NCBI GenBank assembly: GCA_050309605.1
Contig: JBNRMN010000063.1
Span: 1-64,000, forward strand
Direction: 5' to 3'
DNA: 64,000 bases
Origin: Anaerohalosphaeraceae bacterium
GTDB lineage: Bacteria; Planctomycetota; Phycisphaerae; Sedimentisphaerales; Anaerohalosphaeraceae
Shown: in pieces, positions 59,584 through 64,000 of the stretch
Numbering within the stretch: position 1 is the first letter of the stretch
Layout: the number at the start of each line of letters is the position of its first letter
Translations under genes and position numbers: made by a program
Notes under the pieces: generated by a model
Told to the model about the DNA's origin: nothing
What the model saw: the letters and a program-made list of their open reading frames with translations, nothing else
Database searches by the model: none

Positions 59584-59909
59584 TACGGATCCCCTTTACT
59601 GTTATAGAGAGCGATACCCGATACGATAAACGTCGCGCCGCAGATCACATCAATCGGAATCCATAGCTCCCGTGGCAGATGGATTGGAACGAATGGATTG
59701 AACAGCGCTGCGATTCCCCCGAACAGCCATGCGGCCCGCAACTTCCCCCATTGATATGCGGTATAGGCAAAATACGCCCCGACCCCGCACACGACCAGCC
59801 GCAGCAATTGATAATACCCATACGGCCACGGCCCAACAGCAGCCAGCAGCATCGCTCCTGCCCCGACTCCCGGCCACAAAAGCGACCTATTCCAAATGCC
59901 CTTGTTCAT
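59583..59909 (-). CDS. small membrane protein (DUF6804-like)
   Basis: WPYGYYQLLRLVV..LFNPFVPIHLPRELWIPID. Confidence 0.78.
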   Translation of the reverse strand: MNKGIWNRSLLWPGVGAGAMLLAAVGPWPYGYYQLLRLVVCGVGAYFAYTAYQWGKLRAAWLFGGIAALFNPFVPIHLPRELWIPIDVICGATFIVSGIALYNSKGDP

Positions 59910-60085
59910 TCTTTGCGCCCTGATGATGTTTTTGGCAATTTCAGGTCTATCTTGTCCCGAAACAGCCTTGTATTCAAAAAATTTGACAAAACCCTATCGG
60001 CCTTTGAGCGCCCGCACTTAATGTAATAATCTGAAAAACCGAACAATCAGAAGAAACGGTATCCGTCCTTTATGAAGAATCGGTC

Positions 60086-60595
60086 CTACAGGTTTCGCCG
60101 GACGACTGCTGCGGCGGCCAGTTTCTGGCTGACGCTGCTGTCGGGATCGGTCACGGTCATGACGATGCGCACATTGCGTGTCAGATCAGGATCGCCGTTC
60201 ACCGCCGCCCGGCTGAATGTCATTGCAGAAATATGCCGGCAGAGCACATATTCATCTGCATCCGCATCTGTCTTAAGATAGAGGATTCCGGACGGGCGGT
60301 GAAATCGATACGTAATTGAAACGGGCGGAATATCGGGCGTGGTTAAGCTCAGATAGTCGTTGTCCTCATCGCTTTCAATCGCGACATTGTTGGCCGTGCG
60401 CACGTCGTTGGTCAGACGCAGCAGGGTCTGGCGGGCGGCATTGACGGTGCGGTAGATGCCCTGGTTGTCCTGATAATTCTTGATCGAGGCGTCAAAGGCC
60501 ACCGCCACCGCCGCCATCAGCATCCCGAAAATCGCCAGCGACAGCAGCAGCTCCACCAGGGTAAACGCTTTTTGATGTTTCTTATGCATAGTCAT
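60086..60595 (-). CDS. type IV pilin-like / pseudopilin (PilW/GspJ-like)
   Basis: KAFTLVELLLSLAIFGMLMAAV prepilin motif. Confidence 0.88.
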   Translation of the reverse strand: MTMHKKHQKAFTLVELLLSLAIFGMLMAAVAVAFDASIKNYQDNQGIYRTVNAARQTLLRLTNDVRTANNVAIESDEDNDYLSLTTPDIPPVSITYRFHRPSGILYLKTDADADEYVLCRHISAMTFSRAAVNGDPDLTRNVRIVMTVTDPDSSVSQKLAAAAVVRRNL

Positions 60596-60613
60596 CGCTC
60601 CGTTTTCAGCAAA

Positions 60614-60691
60614 AGCCAGGCCGCGCGAGCGGCCGGATAACGACACCCTGTCGGCATCGTCTTTATCGGACAGCTCGCGCTGCCGCGCTGT
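60614..60691 (-). repeat. family-A REP doublet between the two pilin genes
   Basis: AGCCAGGCCGCGCGAGCGGCCGGATAA...TTATCGGACAGCTCGCGCTGCCGCGCTGT. Confidence 0.8.
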
Positions 60692-61141
60692 TTAATCCAG
60701 ATTGGCCCGAATCCAACTCGCTTCGCTAATGAATTGATCGTTTTTGTAAATACGAACGGTAATTTTTCGAAAGTCGGTGGTAGGGTTAGCGGGTGTCTCA
60801 AAATCCACACCTGAAACAGGTTTTACATAGACTTTTTGTGTGAATGCGGCAAAGTCGTCCAGCGGATTGCCTTCCATATCAATCGGTGTCGGATATACAA
60901 TCCAATCCGATGTCGGCGTAAAATCATTGAATGCCATAATCGCATAGCGTTCGCGGATTTCTTCGATGAGAAACTCAGCGGTTGACAGATCGACGCCGGC
61001 GGCGTTGGCCATCGTAAAGGCCGTGTTCGAGGCAACCAGCGCCGCGATCACCAGTCCGATCAGCAGCGCGGCAAACAGCGACTCAAGCAGCGTAAAACCG
61101 CCCATTTGCTTTCCACGTCGTCTATTCATATTCAGCTCCAA
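60692..61141 (-). CDS. type IV pilin-like / pseudopilin (PilV/GspI-like)
   Basis: GGFTLLESLFAALLIGLVIAAL prepilin motif. Confidence 0.88.
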   Translation of the reverse strand: MELNMNRRRGKQMGGFTLLESLFAALLIGLVIAALVASNTAFTMANAAGVDLSTAEFLIEEIRERYAIMAFNDFTPTSDWIVYPTPIDMEGNPLDDFAAFTQKVYVKPVSGVDFETPANPTTDFRKITVRIYKNDQFISEASWIRANLD

Positions 61142-61167
61142 TGATTATTTCAGCGTTCACAGCGTTT

Positions 61168-61224
61168 GGATGGACGATGGACGATAAAAAGATCTCCATC
61201 GAAAATCGTCCGTCGTCCATCGTC
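61168..61224. repeat. inverted heptamer arrays
   Basis: GGATGGA CGATGGA CGAT... vs AATCGTC CGTCGTC CATCGTC. Confidence 0.8.
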
Positions 61225-61229
61225 ATTTC

Positions 61230-62390
61230 CTATCCCGTCGCCAGACTGGACATCTTGAAGATGGGCAGAATAATACTCATCGCGATAAAGCCGACCAGCA
61301 CCCCCATCACGACGATCATAATCGGTTCGATCATACTGGTGACGGTTTTGATCACGGTTTTCAGTTCGCGGGCATAGAACTCGGAGATATCGCCGAGCAC
61401 TTCGCCGAGCGTGCCGGATTCTTCGCCGCTTTGAATCATCTGGACGACATTACCGGGCATCAGCGCATAATCGCCGAGACTGCCGGCGATCTTGCGTCCC
61501 TGACGCACCGCCTCGTGCACGCCTTTCCACATATGCTCATACAGCATGTTGCCGGAGATGTGCGCGGTAATGGAAAGCGAGTCCAGAATCGGCACGCCCG
61601 CGTTGGTCAACACACCCATCGTGTGCATACTCCGGGTAATATACAGGCTGCGGCACAGCGTCTTGAGCAGCGGAATCCGCAGTTTGGTTTTGTCCCACCA
61701 GTATTTGCCTCCGGCGGTTTTATTGGTGACATACCAGAACCCCATCAGCGCTGCGCCGAGGCCGGGAAAGATCAGGAACCAATAGCTGCTCATCACGCCG
61801 CTGATGACCATAATGATGCGCGTCGGCGTCGGCAGCAGGTGCTCTCGACCGGCAAAGACGGTCAAAAACCGCGGCAGCACAAAGGTCAGCAAAAACGTCG
61901 TCGTCGAAATGGCCATCACGGCAATGATGATCGGATAGACCATCGCGCTGATGACCTGGCTGCGGGTCTCGGCCTCCTGATCGAGGTATTCGACAAGCTG
62001 CTGGAGCATTGAACTCATCGAGCCGGAGATTTCCGCCGCGGCGATCATATTGATATACAGATTGCTGAACACCTCAGGATGTTCGGCCAGTGCCTGCGAG
62101 AAACTCTGTCCGCCTTCAATGCGGTTTTTCAGGTCAAAGACAACGGTGCGAAATTTTTCTTTTTCAATTTGCGAGCCGATGGATTCCAGTGCATCCTGCA
62201 GGCTGATGCCGGCGCGAACCATGACCGCCAATTGGTTGCTGAAGTTTAGTATATCTTTACGACTGGGGCCGAACTCCATTCGAAATCCGCTTTTGGCCGG
62301 ACGTGCGGCCTGTTCGGATGCGCCGCGGGTCTGGCGGGACGGAGCGGCGGATTTCTGCTTCTTGGCCGTCAACTGTTCCATAAACGACAT
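61230..62390 (-). CDS. pilC: type II secretion F / PilC inner-membrane platform protein
   Basis: FSNQLAVMVRAGI, GQSFSQAL..HP.VF, AMVYP, GEESGTL, IEP..LPIF. Confidence 0.92.
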   Translation of the reverse strand: MSFMEQLTAKKQKSAAPSRQTRGASEQAARPAKSGFRMEFGPSRKDILNFSNQLAVMVRAGISLQDALESIGSQIEKEKFRTVVFDLKNRIEGGQSFSQALAEHPEVFSNLYINMIAAAEISGSMSSMLQQLVEYLDQEAETRSQVISAMVYPIIIAVMAISTTTFLLTFVLPRFLTVFAGREHLLPTPTRIIMVISGVMSSYWFLIFPGLGAALMGFWYVTNKTAGGKYWWDKTKLRIPLLKTLCRSLYITRSMHTMGVLTNAGVPILDSLSITAHISGNMLYEHMWKGVHEAVRQGRKIAGSLGDYALMPGNVVQMIQSGEESGTLGEVLGDISEFYARELKTVIKTVTSMIEPIMIVVMGVLVGFIAMSIILPIFKMSSLATG

Positions 62391-62462
62391 GATGGTATTC
62401 CCCATTGTTGTGTGCTCGAATGCACGCACTCATTTGAAAACAATTCAAACTCCACGCTATGC

Positions 62463-62511
62463 AATTCAGAATTCAGAATTCAGAATTCAGAATTTAGAAT
62501 TTAGAATTTTC
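62463..62511. repeat. heptamer tandem repeat (AATTCAG)4(AATTTAG)2 AATTTTC
   Basis: directly read; abuts the pilT stop codon. Confidence 0.95.
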
Positions 62512-63597
62512 TTATGCGTTCTGCATGGCCGGTTCGGGCCGCGCCGGCAGCAGTTTTTCCATCTTGCCGGGATTGCTGGATCGCATAATCGCCTCGTCGC
62601 GTTCAATAAAGCCCTGCATATACATATTTTGAATGCTGTGGTCCATGCTCTGCATTCCCAGCCGCCGCGATGTTTCGATGATGTTGGGAATTTCATAGAC
62701 GCGGTTTTCACGGATGCAGTTGCGAACCGCCGAGGTACACAGCAGGATTTCGACGCACGGCACCATCCCCGGCTTATCCACGCGGCGAAACAGCGTCTGC
62801 GAGATGACGGCCTGAAGCGTGTTGGACAGCATCGCGCGAATCTGGTTCTGCTGACTGGCCGGATAAATGTCGATGATACGTTCGACGGTCTGCGAGGCGT
62901 TGACGGTGTGCAGCGTGCTGAAGACCAAATGCCCCGTTTCGGCGGCGGTGATGGTCGAACTGGTCGTCTCCAGGTCGCGCATTTCGCCGACCAGAATGAT
63001 ATCCGGGTCCTGACGCAGGACGTGCCGCAGGCCGGAGGCAAACGACGTGCAGTCCGAACCGATTTCACGCTGTTCAATCATACACGATTTATTGTCGAGC
63101 AGATATTCGACGGGATCTTCCAGCGTGATGATGCGTTTTTTGTATTTGCGGTTAATCACGCCGATCATCGCCGCCAGCGAGGTACTCTTGCCCGATCCGG
63201 TATGGCCGGTGACAATGACCAGTCCGCGGGGCAGGTCGGTCAGTTCCTTGACGACTTCAGGCAGATGCAGGTCGTCGATATTGGGTACTTGATTGGAAAT
63301 GGCACGAAACGAGATCGCGATGCCGGCCTTCTGGAAGTGGGCGTTGACGCGGAACCGGCTGCCGTCGTCGATCATGGTCGAGAAATCCAGGTCGCGTTTT
63401 TCCATAAACGCCTTGAATTTCGCCTCGCCGACCATCGCCAGCACCATCTTGCCGGCGTCCTCTTCGCTGACCACCGGCAGATCCATCAAAATCAGTTCCG
63501 TGTTAATTCGCATCACCGGCGGCATGCCGACATTGATGTGCACGTCCGAGGCGCCGCGTTCAATGGCGGTCGCAAGCATTTGTTTAATATCAATCAT
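62512..63597 (-). CDS. pilT: type IV pilus retraction ATPase
   Basis: ASDVHI, RFRVN, GHTGSGKSTSL, EDPVE, RQDPDIILVGEMRD, GHLVFSTLHT, AVRNCIRE. Confidence 0.93.
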   Translation of the reverse strand: MIDIKQMLATAIERGASDVHINVGMPPVMRINTELILMDLPVVSEEDAGKMVLAMVGEAKFKAFMEKRDLDFSTMIDDGSRFRVNAHFQKAGIAISFRAISNQVPNIDDLHLPEVVKELTDLPRGLVIVTGHTGSGKSTSLAAMIGVINRKYKKRIITLEDPVEYLLDNKSCMIEQREIGSDCTSFASGLRHVLRQDPDIILVGEMRDLETTSSTITAAETGHLVFSTLHTVNASQTVERIIDIYPASQQNQIRAMLSNTLQAVISQTLFRRVDKPGMVPCVEILLCTSAVRNCIRENRVYEIPNIIETSRRLGMQSMDHSIQNMYMQGFIERDEAIMRSSNPGKMEKLLPARPEPAMQNA

Positions 63598-63647
63598 CGC
63601 AAAATCCTTAGTCTGATTTCTGGTCGTTGTCTTCTGTCTTTTGCCGT

Positions 63648-63998
63648 TTATCCACTGGCGTTTCGGCTGAAGGCCGCCGGATCAAGACCTTCGGCCTCGG
63701 TTACCCGCAGAACTTCTTCGATGCTGGTGATGCCGTGTTTGACCTTGGTCAGGCCGTCTTCAAACAAGCTGGGCCAGCCGCTGTTGCGAAACGCCCGCCG
63801 CATGTTGTTGACCGACGAGTCGGAGTTGATCATTTCGCGAAAGGCGTCGTCCACGATCAGCAGTTCGTGGATGCCGCAGCGTCCGGCATAACCGCTGTTG
63901 CGGCACTGATCGCAGCCTTTGCCCATCAGCAGTTCGTGCGGCTCGATCCGGCCAATCTCAAGATATTTTCGCAGATTGTCCGGCGGATCAAACGGCTC
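63648..63998 (-). CDS. pilB: GspE/PilB family assembly ATPase, C-terminal part (truncated by window edge)
   Basis: GKGCDQCRNSGYAGRCGIHELL..LFEDGLTKV..GITSIEEVLRV. Confidence 0.88.
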   Translation of the reverse strand, partial: EPFDPPDNLRKYLEIGRIEPHELLMGKGCDQCRNSGYAGRCGIHELLIVDDAFREMINSDSSVNNMRRAFRNSGWPSLFEDGLTKVKHGITSIEEVLRVTEAEGLDPAAFSRNASG

Positions 63999-64000
63999 TT

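Noticed and set aside
56980..60085. Integron cassette array in the AT-rich islet
   Set aside because: No convincing paired RYYYAAC/GTTRRRY attC sites, two genes overlap at stop/start, and no integrase is present.
62050..63891. Long antisense ORFs (e.g. 613 aa here, 425 aa at 19932, 384 aa at 1242)
   Set aside because: They shadow well-supported genes on the opposite strand in GC-rich DNA and have no recognisable motifs.
1..64000. tRNA or rRNA genes
   Set aside because: No cloverleaf/T-loop signature or rRNA-like stretch noticed in intergenic regions by eye; a tRNAscan/Infernal run would be decisive.

Overview
GC-rich bacterial chromosomal window. It is very probably from a Planctomycetota (Phycisphaerae/Sedimentisphaerales-like) anaerobe; this is inferred from two PEP-CTERM proteins, large secreted LamG/lamin-tail/CotH/M6 proteins with dockerin-like twin 'D-x-x-G-D/S...WL/WG' motifs, a membrane-fused ECF sigma factor and alternative (Ahb) heme genes. 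Most of it is housekeeping and metabolic: ubiB-like kinase, nspC, RACo/ASKHA, bioF, aconitase, hisD, slyD, hemB-ahbAB-ahbD, fucP-fucU, ribE-pdxA-rsmA-gmhA-coaB, U32 peptidase, and the 3' part of a pilB-pilT-pilC-pseudopilin operon. The unusual part is non-coding: (1) an IS200/IS605-type HUH (Y1) transposase gene surrounded by several hairpin (REP-like) families; (2) a composite REP/REPIN element repeated four times in direct orientation, bracketing a PEP-CTERM gene and a glycoside hydrolase gene like cassettes; (3) a 163-bp MITE-like element with 15-bp terminal inverted repeats and a 5-bp target duplication that rewrites the end of a gene; (4) heptamer tandem arrays at gene junctions of the pilus operon. 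There is also a 26-codon, extremely basic small ORF (missed by the ORF track) with a strong SD and its own terminator, and an AT-rich 3-gene islet with a DUF805/pseudo-receiver fusion. No rRNA, tRNA or CRISPR array was seen. All calls are by eye, without database searches.
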